64,000 nt of DNA from a virus: the IMG/VR virus record IMGVR_UViG_3300037467_000627; one strand, given 5' to 3'. The number at the start of each line of letters is the position of its first letter. Positions within the stretch are counted from its first letter, which is position 1. Shown here one piece after another: positions 16,914 through 26,327 of this stretch. The notes under the pieces are model-generated. The model worked only from the letters and a program-made list of their open reading frames with translations. It made no database searches and was not told the DNA's origin. The position numbers and the translations under genes were made by a program.

Positions 16914-19901
16914 TCACGCCATGATTAGGCGACGTTCAAGGTGTTTGATGACCTTACCGACGTCGCCCTTGTGGTTGATTCGGACAGTATCCATACCCCA
17001 CTTAGACGGGGAATCCGTCCCGACTCCAACGCCGAGCATGATGATGCCTGCACGCTTGTAAAGGTCGACCTCACGCTGGAGCGTCTCGAGCTCGTCCTGG
17101 TAGTTCGCGGCTGGCATCTCGCCATCGGTGTAGTAGAGCAGGATCTTCGTGGTCGCCTCGGATGCCATCAAGCGCTTGCGGAGGAACTCGAGATTGTGTC
17201 CGTCCAGGTTGGTGTAGACGGGCCGCATCCAAGCCAGACCCTCGCGCGCCTGGTCGGTCCAGGGCTCTCGCCACTCCTTGACGCGGTACATGTCTTGCGT
17301 CCAGGCGTCGTCGTAGTCGGGGTCAAACCCCTTCGGGAGGAGTGAACCCTGGTACTGGTCGGCCGTGTGGAACCAGACTTCGAAGTCAATCCCAATCCGG
17401 TGACACAGCTCGGCCTGCGCTAGCATTGCCTGCTTCTCTACAACAAGCGGACCGTTGTTAGCGGAGGTAGAGGCGTCCCCAGCCATGATGACAGCGTAGG
17501 AGCGCTTAGCGGGCCGCTCCATCTTCTTGAAGAGGCGAGGGTCGTCGTCCGCTTTCCAGGCTCGGCGACCGAGTGCGCGCCCGTCTAGCTTGCCGCGCTT
17601 GAGGTTGCGGTCATACCGCCCGCGCCGATTGTCCGAGAATACGCGTCGCATCTCGAACAGTGCAGGCTGTAGAACTTCCTCGGGCGTCTGGAGTACGCTC
17701 CACTTCTTGTCGCCAATCCGCAGCGTGAGGTTCTCGTTGGAGTAGTACGGCTCCCAGCCTTCGGAGCGCTTGTCGTCCTTCGGCCAGGTGAACACCCTGA
17801 TGTCGTACACTGTGGCCGATGGCTCATCGAAGTGCGAGGCCTGGACGATCGCCTTATCGACGGCCGCCTCGTTATCCTCGTCCTTCGAACCCAGGAGTGC
17901 GGCAACCTCTTCGTTGTCGTCGTGATTGTGACCGCTGAAGTCCTGGATCAGATCCACAACATCTTCAGGGGAACCGGCGTCAGGAAGATCCTCTGGGAAG
18001 GGCTCGTCAGCTCCTCTATCGAGATCGCCTCCGAGTTCATCATCGTCTCCCTGTGCGACGTCTGATCCATCAGGAGTGGCCAGGTCCCCAGTCTCACCGC
18101 CCTCTCCTTCATCGCCAGTTGCCGATCCAGAGTCGCCAGGTTCTGCAGAGTTATCTTCCCCGGCATCCGACTCCCCTTCGGCTTGATCATCATCAGGAGC
18201 ATCTTCACCTCCTGCTCCGCTTCCTTCAGGATCAGACTCTGGTTCAGCATCACTGTCAGGAGTAGATCCAGGGGCAGATAGTCCGGATGATTCCTCTCCT
18301 GAATCAGAGTCATCATCAGATTCGTCAGGTGCTCCCCCCTGTTCGTCACCCAGTCCTCCCTCTGAAGCATCCCCTGACTGTGAGCTATCCTCCTGGCCTG
18401 CTCCATCATCTCCTCTTGGAGAATCTTCTGCTTCATCTCCAGGGTCATCTTCACCCTCCGGATCTCCCACGGAAGATCCATCAGGTCCCGAATCGCCCTC
18501 TCCCCCTCTATCGTCTGCATCCACTCCAGGAGGCTCGGAGTCGAACTCGTCATCCACTCCTTCTTCGTCGCCGGGTTCCAGGTCCCCAGTGGATTGTTCT
18601 CCATCGGATCCAGAGTCATCATCTGCTCCCAGCTCGGACTCGGAAGGCTCTCCTTGTTCAGGATCGTCACCTTCTTCCCGAGCTCCAGGATCTCCTTGGT
18701 CAGGAGATTCGCCGCCTGATTCATCGTCGCCTGATCCGGAAACGTCAGGTTCTGCAGTTTCTGAACCTGTCCCGTCAGGCGCGTCATCTCCTGATTCAGA
18801 GGAGTCATCTGACCCCTGTGGATCGTCGAGTTCAGGCTCATCTGATTCAGAACCTTCCGAATCCTGCTCAGGTGATTCCTCATCCCGCTGAGACTCGTCG
18901 GCGGAACCGGAATCATCTTCGTCTGACTGTTCCACGGACGGCTCATCATCCGGCTCCTCATCCTGGGGCTGCGGCTGGGGTTGCGGGGGAGGTGGGATCT
19001 CTTCGGGAGGGTCGCAGTAGCCGAGCTCCCAGAGTCGAACGAGGGTCTGGATTGCGACAGTAGCCAGGTCGGTTGCGGTGCGAGTCTGCTCCACCTGGAT
19101 GGCGAGATCCGTCAGAACTGGGTCATCGAGGTCGCGCACGATCTTCTCATGAAGGGCCGAGTAGTCAAACCCTTCCGCCTTGCAGAGGAGGCCGATCATC
19201 ATCTGGGCATTGAGGGGCTTCTCGGCCCACGACTGACGCGATCCATCCAGGCGAGTGAACCCTCGCTCCAGAGCTCGCTTCGACACTGACTGGAACATCT
19301 TGCGTGTGCCCTGGCGCGACCTAAACATCTTCAGGTCGATGCGAGCATCCTCAAGCATCATGAGGAGAGTGCCCAGGAAGGGCGACATCCTCTTCATGAT
19401 GATTAAGATGTCTTCTCCCCACTTCGCACTGGCCATCTGCTCCATCAGGAAAGCGCGCGCGATGGGGTTCTGCGCAGCGTTCACGCCAAGGCGCACAGCA
19501 CGCTGCTGCTCCATGGAGCCAGCCTTTGCGAAGGAGCCACCTACGAGGTGGGCTACCTCGTGAGTGATCTGCCTGAGGGCGAATTCACGCACCGAACAGG
19601 CGGGACAGATCAGGTGCCCGTCCGCGTTGCGTCGGTCGCACTGTCCGCCCGCATGTGGCGACGGATCGCCCAGCGCCAGCGGGGGCCGGTAGTAGATCGT
19701 GCGCCCGTCCGTGTGGGCCGTACCAGACGACATTTGTAGGCGCACGGATGGGTCACCCGTCAGAACGCGCGCATACGCCGTCATCGAGTACTCCATGCCC
19801 TGGAATACCTTGATAGCCCTTCGTGCCCACTCGTCACGCTCAGCAGGGGTGAGGTTGACAGTACGATTCGTGAGGTGGACCTCGGTTAGAGCCTCGGTCA
19901 C
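16914..19901 (-). CDS. large HExxH / poly-acidic / von Willebrand A (CobT-like) protein
   Basis: ITHEVAHLVGG (HExxH) near residue 125. A ~330-aa D/E/S/G/P tract in the middle. C-terminal vWA with MIDAS GDASTS (DxSxS) and LLYYTDGE. Start moved to the GTG at 19901 (GGAGGAG RBS, GTGA overlap). Confidence 0.7.
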   Translation of the reverse strand: MTEALTEVHLTNRTVNLTPAERDEWARRAIKVFQGMEYSMTAYARVLTGDPSVRLQMSSGTAHTDGRTIYYRPPLALGDPSPHAGGQCDRRNADGHLICPACSVREFALRQITHEVAHLVGGSFAKAGSMEQQRAVRLGVNAAQNPIARAFLMEQMASAKWGEDILIIMKRMSPFLGTLLMMLEDARIDLKMFRSRQGTRKMFQSVSKRALERGFTRLDGSRQSWAEKPLNAQMMIGLLCKAEGFDYSALHEKIVRDLDDPVLTDLAIQVEQTRTATDLATVAIQTLVRLWELGYCDPPEEIPPPPQPQPQPQDEEPDDEPSVEQSDEDDSGSADESQRDEESPEQDSEGSESDEPELDDPQGSDDSSESGDDAPDGTGSETAEPDVSGSGDDESGGESPDQGDPGAREEGDDPEQGEPSESELGADDDSGSDGEQSTGDLEPGDEEGVDDEFDSEPPGVDADDRGGEGDSGPDGSSVGDPEGEDDPGDEAEDSPRGDDGAGQEDSSQSGDASEGGLGDEQGGAPDESDDDSDSGEESSGLSAPGSTPDSDAEPESDPEGSGAGGEDAPDDDQAEGESDAGEDNSAEPGDSGSATGDEGEGGETGDLATPDGSDVAQGDDDELGGDLDRGADEPFPEDLPDAGSPEDVVDLIQDFSGHNHDDNEEVAALLGSKDEDNEAAVDKAIVQASHFDEPSATVYDIRVFTWPKDDKRSEGWEPYYSNENLTLRIGDKKWSVLQTPEEVLQPALFEMRRVFSDNRRGRYDRNLKRGKLDGRALGRRAWKADDDPRLFKKMERPAKRSYAVIMAGDASTSANNGPLVVEKQAMLAQAELCHRIGIDFEVWFHTADQYQGSLLPKGFDPDYDDAWTQDMYRVKEWREPWTDQAREGLAWMRPVYTNLDGHNLEFLRKRLMASEATTKILLYYTDGEMPAANYQDELETLQREVDLYKRAGIIMLGVGVGTDSPSKWGMDTVRINHKGDVGKVIKHLERRLIMA

Positions 19902-20188
19902 TTCCGCTCCTCCGGGTCGCCGCAGACGATGCACTCATCGCGCAGGTGGTCTTCGTTGCGATACCAGCAGTAACCGTTCGGTGAATCAGGGCACTGCCAG
20001 AAGCCGCCGCCCATTATCGGAGGCTTGTCGAGTTTGAAGAACTCTTGTGCAGCGAGCTCAGCCTTCTCGCGCGTGAGGCGGATATCCTGATCAAGACGAG
20101 TTGTGATGACGCAGCGAGCAGACTGAAGCTTGGCGATCTCGTCTGTGAGGCGCTGAATCTTCTGCTGGCCTGGCTTACTTGGAGGCAT
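19898..20188 (-). CDS. hypothetical protein
   Basis: ATG at 20188 with GGAGGA about 8 nt upstream. CPD...CIVCG cysteines. Confidence 0.6.
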   Translation of the reverse strand: MPPSKPGQQKIQRLTDEIAKLQSARCVITTRLDQDIRLTREKAELAAQEFFKLDKPPIMGGGFWQCPDSPNGYCWYRNEDHLRDECIVCGDPEERK

Positions 20189-20396
20189 CTCCATCCTCCT
20201 CCAGGGGAATCATCACGAACTCGATCTCGAATACTGGCACGACGTACTGATTGCCCTTCTCGTCGACCAGAAGGACGGTCTGTGGGAGCTCGTCAGCCCA
20301 GCGCTGATCGATTTGCTCTGACCACTCTGCGGGAGTCCAAGGCATGATGACCGGGAAGTTATTTCCCGACTTCATGTGCACGAACGCAAGCGCCAT
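20175..20396 (-). CDS. hypothetical protein
   Basis: 73-aa ORF. Confidence 0.6.
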   Translation of the reverse strand: MALAFVHMKSGNNFPVIMPWTPAEWSEQIDQRWADELPQTVLLVDEKGNQYVVPVFEIEFVMIPLEEDGDASK

Positions 20397-20397
20397 G

Positions 20398-20940
20398 TCA
20401 GTCCTCCTGCTCTACGGTCTCGGCCCCTGGCTTCAAGGGCGGCACCGGCACGATGGGTACCGATATCGACTGTCCTGGCGGAAGATCATCCTCCGGTGGA
20501 GCTGACTTCTCGAGCTCCCTGAGCGCGCGTCGATGCTTCGTGCACAGGCCGTCCTTGCCGTTGGCCTTCGTGTCGCAGCCGTTCGCCGGATCGCCGCCGA
20601 CTCCCCACGAGCACTGCGGGCGCTCGATGGCGGCCGCCTTCTTTGCGGGGTTGCCGGAGCGCGCCGCCTTCTTGGCTGGAATCTGCTTGGCGGTCACCTT
20701 CGGAGCAGTGTTCTTCATCTCGCCGGTCTCTGCGACCTGGTCGAAGTAGCGATCAAACTGCTCTGGGTCCTCGTCCAGCAGGCGCGCCATCTCGGCGAGC
20801 TCCCCCCGCGCAGTGCGGAGCTCATCCTCGAGTGCGGCGGCCTGGTGTGGCGCGTCTGGATGTTTCACCTTGCTCAATGCAGCGGCGTTGAGCTGGTTCG
20901 GTGTGGGAGCTGGCACGGCGTTGATACGCTTGGCTCTCAT
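20398..20940 (-). CDS. hypothetical protein
   Basis: 180-aa ORF. Confidence 0.65.
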   Translation of the reverse strand: MRAKRINAVPAPTPNQLNAAALSKVKHPDAPHQAAALEDELRTARGELAEMARLLDEDPEQFDRYFDQVAETGEMKNTAPKVTAKQIPAKKAARSGNPAKKAAAIERPQCSWGVGGDPANGCDTKANGKDGLCTKHRRALRELEKSAPPEDDLPPGQSISVPIVPVPPLKPGAETVEQED

Positions 20941-20952
20941 GGTCTCGTTCTC

Positions 20953-21459
20953 CTAGAACGGTAGGTCTTCGTGATTACTCGTACGGGGAGTGTCTCGCCA
21001 GAACTTGTGACAGTTGCCACAGTACTGCTCGCGTACATCGTTGGGGTTATAGCTGGTCTTGAAGCACTCGGGACACGTGAATGACTCGTGCGAGACAGAC
21101 TCCCAGGCAAGCGTTGTCATCTTGCGCAGGAACCTGGGGTTGCAGTCTGGATGCACACAGTCGACAGCATCGTGAGTGTGATCACTCGGTGGCAGCATCT
21201 CATGCTCCAAGCGCGCAATACTCCATCGCACCTGCGCCCAGGTCATGTCCGTGTTGTACTCGATCTGAAGGGGTGTCCGACGAGGCTTCCGCTGGGGAGG
21301 CATGAGTATCCAATAAAGGCCGGATTTGATGCCATTGAAGATGTCCTCAAAGATGCCCGTGACCTCTTCGAAGTACATGGCGAAGCCTCGAGCGAGCGCA
21401 GCACCTGTTACCACGACACCCGCGCCAAAGAGGATTGTCAGCCAGTCATTAGCCTGCAT
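20953..21459 (-). CDS. hypothetical membrane-anchored zinc-ribbon protein
   Basis: N-terminal hydrophobic segment WLTILFGAGVVVTGAALARGFAMYF. C-terminal CPEC...CGNC. Confidence 0.65.
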   Translation of the reverse strand: MQANDWLTILFGAGVVVTGAALARGFAMYFEEVTGIFEDIFNGIKSGLYWILMPPQRKPRRTPLQIEYNTDMTWAQVRWSIARLEHEMLPPSDHTHDAVDCVHPDCNPRFLRKMTTLAWESVSHESFTCPECFKTSYNPNDVREQYCGNCHKFWRDTPRTSNHEDLPF

Positions 21460-22993
21460 TCGACCTCACAGTATCCAGGAGGATCTCGCGCGTGGTCGGA
21501 TCCAGGTTGTTCGCAACTGCCTGTCGGTATGCCATGACGGGCGAGAAGTACCGGAGGGCTCGTGCCACCTTGATCTGAGGTCGCAGGCCCCACGAGATCG
21601 ACGCGAGCGGGCCGGTCTCGATCAGCCCGCGAATCTCCTCGGCGGCCTTCTTGATCAGGTGAACCTGTGCATCGTTCAGCTGCCAACCGTCGTGGGCCAG
21701 GTGCTTCTGGATGATGCCGAGCTCGATGTCCTCGTCCGGCAGTGGAATCTCGATGTGCATCAGACGGTTCGTGTCCGCGTCGGCCAGCACCTCAGCGCCC
21801 ACGTTGCGCAGGTCCCAGGCGGGGTTCATGGCGAAGCCGAGGTAGGTGTGATCGTGTGGCTTGATCGTCTCGCCGACGTTGACATCCATGATCAGCTGCT
21901 TGCTGTTGTCAATGAGGGGACGAAAGAACTGCTGCACATCCTTCGGTCCAAGGTTCCACTCGTCAACACACAGCCAGCATGCAGTTTGGTATGCCTGCAC
22001 GAAGCGACCGTACGCAAAGAAGGTTCCACGCTCTGGCGAGAAGTGAGGCTTGCCAGCCAGGTCGTCGAGCTCGGATGAGCCGGTGATCGTAAAGCGCTCG
22101 AACGGCAGGCCGCACATCCAGGCCAGATGCCGGAACAGCTCCGTCTTGCCTACGCCAGGCTCGCCCCACACGGCGGGAGCCATCTTCAGCTTGGTGGTGT
22201 GCACCGCAACCGAGTACACGCCTCCGTAGTAGTCGACGTACTCCTCTGGGTGCTCGCGGTCGCCTGTCCTCGGGATCTTCGCCTGGGCGGCCTCGTCGAA
22301 GATGCTGTCCGTGAAGATGGGAAGGTAGACCTCGTGACCGGGGACCTCGATGAAGTCCGGATCTGGATTCTCGATACGCCGCCAGGCGACGATCCCTTGG
22401 GCGCGATCAAGGTCGGTGAGCTCCTTGTCAGAGTCGTACTCGTTGGGGTCGGCTACTAGTAGCGCACCGACCGCAGCTGTGTCCGATCCAAAGCTGTCCA
22501 CCAACTCCGGGAAGAGCGTGATGCCGTGTGTTGTGCGAGTGGCTGAGCCGACTTGACCCTCGGTGCACTCGGATGCCACATCAACCAGCTCGGCACCCAG
22601 GAGGAGCACGCCCTTCTTCTTGCAGAGGGGTGTTGCCCAGCCCAACTCACCAGCGACGATGTCCTCGGGCACGAAGAACTGGCAGCCAGCGCAGGACGGG
22701 GGCTTGACTGTGACTGGCGGCACCGCGCCAGTTGGCGCGGGTGAACTCAGGTCGCCGATGGCCACCGGGAAGACCGTAGTGCCAGCCCTGGTCTTTCGGC
22801 GGTCGCCGTACTCGTCACACAGGCTCGCGTAGTGCTGGGCTAGCTTGGTGATCTCCCGCTCGGTCGATCCCATCTTGCCGAAGACCTTGCCGTGCATGGC
22901 GCATACGGGAGTTCCGAAGGACTTGCCGAAGTGACTCGATGCCTGGGCGGGGGTCAGGAAGTTCGGGCAGTCTTTGCACGAAAGTGCGGACAC
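21449..22993 (-). CDS. AAA+ ATPase, MoxR/CobS-like
   Basis: Walker A WGEPGVGKTE, Walker B LCVDEWN. Downstream pattern AMNPAWD...ADADTNRLMHIEI as in the CobS/MoxR family. ~270-aa Cys-containing N-terminal extension. Confidence 0.8.
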   Translation of the reverse strand: MSALSCKDCPNFLTPAQASSHFGKSFGTPVCAMHGKVFGKMGSTEREITKLAQHYASLCDEYGDRRKTRAGTTVFPVAIGDLSSPAPTGAVPPVTVKPPSCAGCQFFVPEDIVAGELGWATPLCKKKGVLLLGAELVDVASECTEGQVGSATRTTHGITLFPELVDSFGSDTAAVGALLVADPNEYDSDKELTDLDRAQGIVAWRRIENPDPDFIEVPGHEVYLPIFTDSIFDEAAQAKIPRTGDREHPEEYVDYYGGVYSVAVHTTKLKMAPAVWGEPGVGKTELFRHLAWMCGLPFERFTITGSSELDDLAGKPHFSPERGTFFAYGRFVQAYQTACWLCVDEWNLGPKDVQQFFRPLIDNSKQLIMDVNVGETIKPHDHTYLGFAMNPAWDLRNVGAEVLADADTNRLMHIEIPLPDEDIELGIIQKHLAHDGWQLNDAQVHLIKKAAEEIRGLIETGPLASISWGLRPQIKVARALRYFSPVMAYRQAVANNLDPTTREILLDTVRSNAG

Positions 22994-23028
22994 TTGCTAC
23001 TCTCCATTACCTAATGGGTGGTATTGAC

Positions 23029-23577
23029 TCAGGCGGAAATACGGCGGGCGTACTGATCTCGCCTCTCAGAAGCGAGATGGGTCGGGCAGAAGAAGATCGG
23101 CAGGCCGGTCTTGGTGGTGACCAGAGTGAGGTTGGAGTTATGCTGGCAGCGAGCCTCCATGAGCTCTGACCACCAGCCGCATTGGTTACCCGCGCGCTTC
23201 ACGGGTACGTAGATCACCTCACCTGTGCGTTCGGCGTGAGCCTGATCCAGGCGGATCGACCACTCTTGAACGCGCTGAATCTTCTTGAGCTCGGCGCGGG
23301 CGCGCTTGAGATCCATGAACCAGTCCTGCGGTGGATTGTCGCCGACCCTCAGCTGAACTGCGATGAGGCGCGGCGCGTGGAAGGCTGGCTCGAGGGTGTT
23401 GAATCGTCCGACCAGGCCGTAGAAGCGGAAGAATGGACCGTACTGCAACACATTGAAGTCGCCGAACGAGCGTTCTTTGCCTTCTCGGGGGTCCTCGTCT
23501 ACCGTGACAACGAGGTATGGCCTGGCGCGTGTCCCCCAATCCAAGGGGTCCATCACCTGGAACCGCGTGATCTTCAT
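23029..23577 (-). CDS. hypothetical protein
   Basis: The track ORF was trimmed to the ATG at 23577 with a GAGGAG RBS (MKITRFQVMDPLDW...). Confidence 0.65.
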   Translation of the reverse strand: MKITRFQVMDPLDWGTRARPYLVVTVDEDPREGKERSFGDFNVLQYGPFFRFYGLVGRFNTLEPAFHAPRLIAVQLRVGDNPPQDWFMDLKRARAELKKIQRVQEWSIRLDQAHAERTGEVIYVPVKRAGNQCGWWSELMEARCQHNSNLTLVTTKTGLPIFFCPTHLASERRDQYARRISA

Positions 23578-23635
23578 TTCAGACTCCTCAGTCGAGAGGG
23601 ATTGGGGGACACACATTGTACCAGAACCTGATCGA

Positions 23636-24172
23636 TTACTCGACCATGGACCGGAGTTGAGCTGCACGATTCTCCAGCTCTTCAGCCTTGAGCTTCAGCC
23701 ACTCCTCGTCGCCGGGCTCAGGCTTCTCCAGGCCGTCCAGGATGGACTTCCGGCGAGCGACCTCGTACTGCTCCTCGAGGTTCTCCGGGTAGATGTAGTC
23801 CTGCAGGAAGGGCTCGAGCGCTTCGTAGAACGCGGCGACATCGCGCACGGCGTTCTTGCCGCCGCGCTTGTCCTTGGCCTCGTCCCAGCCCGCGTCGATG
23901 GCCGGGAGCAGGTCGGCACCGATCTCGAAACCAGCAGGCGACGGGATGGAGTCCAGACGCGCACCGTACCGCTGGATGCGGACAGTGGCGATGATCACGG
24001 CGAAGCTGTTCGCGTACGCCTCGTACATGCCCCTGCCATACTGGACTCGCTTGTTGAACGCCTGGCCAGACTCATCAGCGTTCTGAACAGGATGCATCGT
24101 CACCATGTCGGCAGTGTAAACGCCGATCATCATCTTGACGGGATCCTGCTTGTTGCTGTAGGTAACTTGCAT
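23636..24172 (-). CDS. hypothetical protein
   Basis: The track ORF was trimmed to the ATG at 24172 with an AGGAGG RBS (MQVTYSNKQDPVK...). Confidence 0.65.
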   Translation of the reverse strand: MQVTYSNKQDPVKMMIGVYTADMVTMHPVQNADESGQAFNKRVQYGRGMYEAYANSFAVIIATVRIQRYGARLDSIPSPAGFEIGADLLPAIDAGWDEAKDKRGGKNAVRDVAAFYEALEPFLQDYIYPENLEEQYEVARRKSILDGLEKPEPGDEEWLKLKAEELENRAAQLRSMVE

Positions 24173-24182
24173 TATCAGCCTC

Positions 24183-24587
24183 CTAGCTGATCTTGCGGAC
24201 GACCGAGACGCCATCCGACTTCGGCATGCTGAGCACCGCCTCGGTGCCGGAGAAGGTGAGGTGGATCTTGTGAGTAGGCTCCCCACCGAGCTCCTCGAGG
24301 TCAACCTCTTCCGGGGTGACCTTCTCGACATCGCGGCTGTAGACACGTCCCCCGCCGATGCCTGGGATCAGATCGTCGATCTGGACATCCCCAGCTGCCA
24401 GCGTCTTCTCCTCGAGCCCGCACGCCATGAGGGCGATCCTCCGGGCGTCGCTCGAGAAGGTCGTGATCTGACTCTCGTTCGTGAACTTGAACCGCTGGAG
24501 GGGTCCACCCTCCGGCAGTACGTCGAGGTAGTAACCCCCCGGCGCAGGAACCAGATCGACGGTCTTGATCTTCTGTGGCTCAGGCAC
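24183..24587 (-). CDS. hypothetical protein
   Basis: The track ORF was trimmed to the GTG at 24587 with AGGAG 5 nt upstream. Confidence 0.6.
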   Translation of the reverse strand: MPEPQKIKTVDLVPAPGGYYLDVLPEGGPLQRFKFTNESQITTFSSDARRIALMACGLEEKTLAAGDVQIDDLIPGIGGGRVYSRDVEKVTPEEVDLEELGGEPTHKIHLTFSGTEAVLSMPKSDGVSVVRKIS

Positions 24588-24603
24588 TACTACTCCTATT
24601 CGG

Positions 24604-25008
24604 TTATTGCCGCTGCCAGTCAGCGGGCAATGGGGCGGACTTGTTTGTGGACAGTAACATGTCCAGATCGGTGTACGAGTCGGTAGCGTTCTGCGCGTGG
24701 ATGCTGGCCTCGTACATGTTCTCATCGTCCAGCGCATCGAGGAGATCGATGGCACACTGGCGAGCCTGACCCAGGATCTGCTCTGCGGTCCTGACTTCGA
24801 CGTACCCAGGGTTGACCTGCCGATCCCGCAGCGCATTCACCTGTCGGTTGATTGTACCGGACTCGCAGGCCACGATCGCCTCGGCCAGCTCGTCATGTGC
24901 GCCCTGCCAGCCGCCCGGGATGTTCATGTGAACGAACCTGTATAGCTCGCGAGCGTAGGACAGAGGAATCGTCCAGACGACAGTCGGCTCACTCGGCGGC
25001 GCAGGCAT
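24604..25008 (-). CDS. hypothetical protein
   Basis: 134-aa ORF, TGATG-coupled. Confidence 0.65.
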   Translation of the reverse strand: MPAPPSEPTVVWTIPLSYARELYRFVHMNIPGGWQGAHDELAEAIVACESGTINRQVNALRDRQVNPGYVEVRTAEQILGQARQCAIDLLDALDDENMYEASIHAQNATDSYTDLDMLLSTNKSAPLPADWQRQ

Positions 25009-25460
25009 CAGACGCTCCTCGGGTGTCGCCAGGGGCCGTCCTTCTGGTAGTCCACTCGTTCGATCTGTGGTCCGCCCCCCTGCATGATGACCCAGTTGGC
25101 GAAGGTCTCGAGATCGAATCGATCCAGGATCTTCACCAGGTAGTTCTCAGCGCCGCCACCGTAGAGGAAGCTCATCCCGTGCGGATGCGGGTAGACGTGC
25201 TGGAAGAAGTCGCCGTACTGATAGTGCTCCAGGCAGACGCTGATCGGCCGAGGCTCGAACGACAGCACCTCCTGTGTGAGCGTGACGTACTTGAGCTCGC
25301 GGATCTGCTCCCATGCCTTGGCCTGGTCGGGAGTAACCCGCATCGGTCCGCCTTGATGCCGTCGCTCTCCACCAGGCATGACCTGGTCAACGGCAATCCT
25401 GATCTCCACCAACTGATCAGGAGGGAAGTTCTCCCTCGGATCAGTCCACTCCTCGATCAC
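25008..25460 (-). CDS. hypothetical protein
   Basis: 150-aa ORF. Confidence 0.7.
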   Translation of the reverse strand: MIEEWTDPRENFPPDQLVEIRIAVDQVMPGGERRHQGGPMRVTPDQAKAWEQIRELKYVTLTQEVLSFEPRPISVCLEHYQYGDFFQHVYPHPHGMSFLYGGGAENYLVKILDRFDLETFANWVIMQGGGPQIERVDYQKDGPWRHPRSV

Positions 25461-25663
25461 TTACACTCCTCATCTTCGTCGTGCACGATGATGAACAAGC
25501 CGCCAGCCAGGTCGACGGACTCTACGGTACGATGGAGGATGCCTGACTCATCCGTGACGACGACAGGAAGTTCTCCTAGCTCGTCGCCGTATTCGAGCAG
25601 GTGCTCGTTTAGAGCGTTGGACAACCCCCGAAAGGTAGTTGCCTTGCGCTCGTGTTGACTCAC
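25457..25663 (-). CDS. hypothetical protein
   Basis: Start moved to the GTG at 25663 (GTGA overlap, AAGGAG upstream). Confidence 0.55.
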   Translation of the reverse strand: MSQHERKATTFRGLSNALNEHLLEYGDELGELPVVVTDESGILHRTVESVDLAGGLFIIVHDEDEECK

Positions 25664-26148
25664 TTGCTCTCCTTTTCGCACTGCTTCCACTTGGACAGGA
25701 ACTGCGGGTAGATGATGGCGTAGTCTTGCTTCGCCTTCAGGGTCGCTGAGTTGAGCTTGCTGATCTTCTCGGACGCCTGGTTCATCTTGTTCTTGTCGCC
25801 GGTTCCAAGCGCAACGCCGACTGCCTTCATGGCATCGATCATCGGCTCGCCCGCGTCGGCCATGTCGACAGCGTTCTGTGACAGACCAGCAGCGAAGGCG
25901 ATTGCATCCTGACAGGACTGAGGCATCTTGACCTCAACGACCTTGATCGGAGGATGCGGCTGGGGAGTAGCGTACACAGTGTGCACCGGCCCCTGCTCGT
26001 GCTTGACGATCGTCTTGGACGGACCGACAGTGCTCATGCCTGCGCCAAAGCAGACGAGCCCAAAGATCGCGCCGACCAGGATGGCGCGCTTGCTGATTTG
26101 AGGTCGAGTGGGCGGTGTGCCTGTCGCCCTGGTCGCTGGGAGGTTCAT
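25660..26148 (-). CDS. hypothetical membrane-anchored/secreted protein
   Basis: N-terminal basic stretch followed by ILVGAIFGLVCFGAGM. Confidence 0.65.
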   Translation of the reverse strand: MNLPATRATGTPPTRPQISKRAILVGAIFGLVCFGAGMSTVGPSKTIVKHEQGPVHTVYATPQPHPPIKVVEVKMPQSCQDAIAFAAGLSQNAVDMADAGEPMIDAMKAVGVALGTGDKNKMNQASEKISKLNSATLKAKQDYAIIYPQFLSKWKQCEKESK

Positions 26149-26327
26149 CGGTTCGAGTAGACCTTTCCATCAGGGCCGACACACTTGTAGCCGAACGTGA
26201 GTGTGGGCTCGCAGCTGTAACCTGTTGGCCCGTTGAAGGTGACGTAGAACCCAATAAAGAAGGTCGCATAGAACACGAAGACGCCAAACAGGATCCAGGC
26301 CAGCGTCAGTCCTACAACGCGCTTCAC
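26145..26327 (-). CDS. small membrane protein
   Basis: Start moved to the GTG at 26327 (GTGA overlap, AAGAGG RBS). VVGLTLAWILFGVFVFYATFFIGFYVTF is hydrophobic. Confidence 0.55.
   Translation of the reverse strand: MKRVVGLTLAWILFGVFVFYATFFIGFYVTFNGPTGYSCEPTLTFGYKCVGPDGKVYSNR

Noticed and set aside
17948-19063. 337-aa minus-strand and 258-aa plus-strand ORFs inside the 995-aa gene
   Set aside because: They are alternative frames of the D/E/S/G low-complexity tract and stay open only because of its repetitive codon content.
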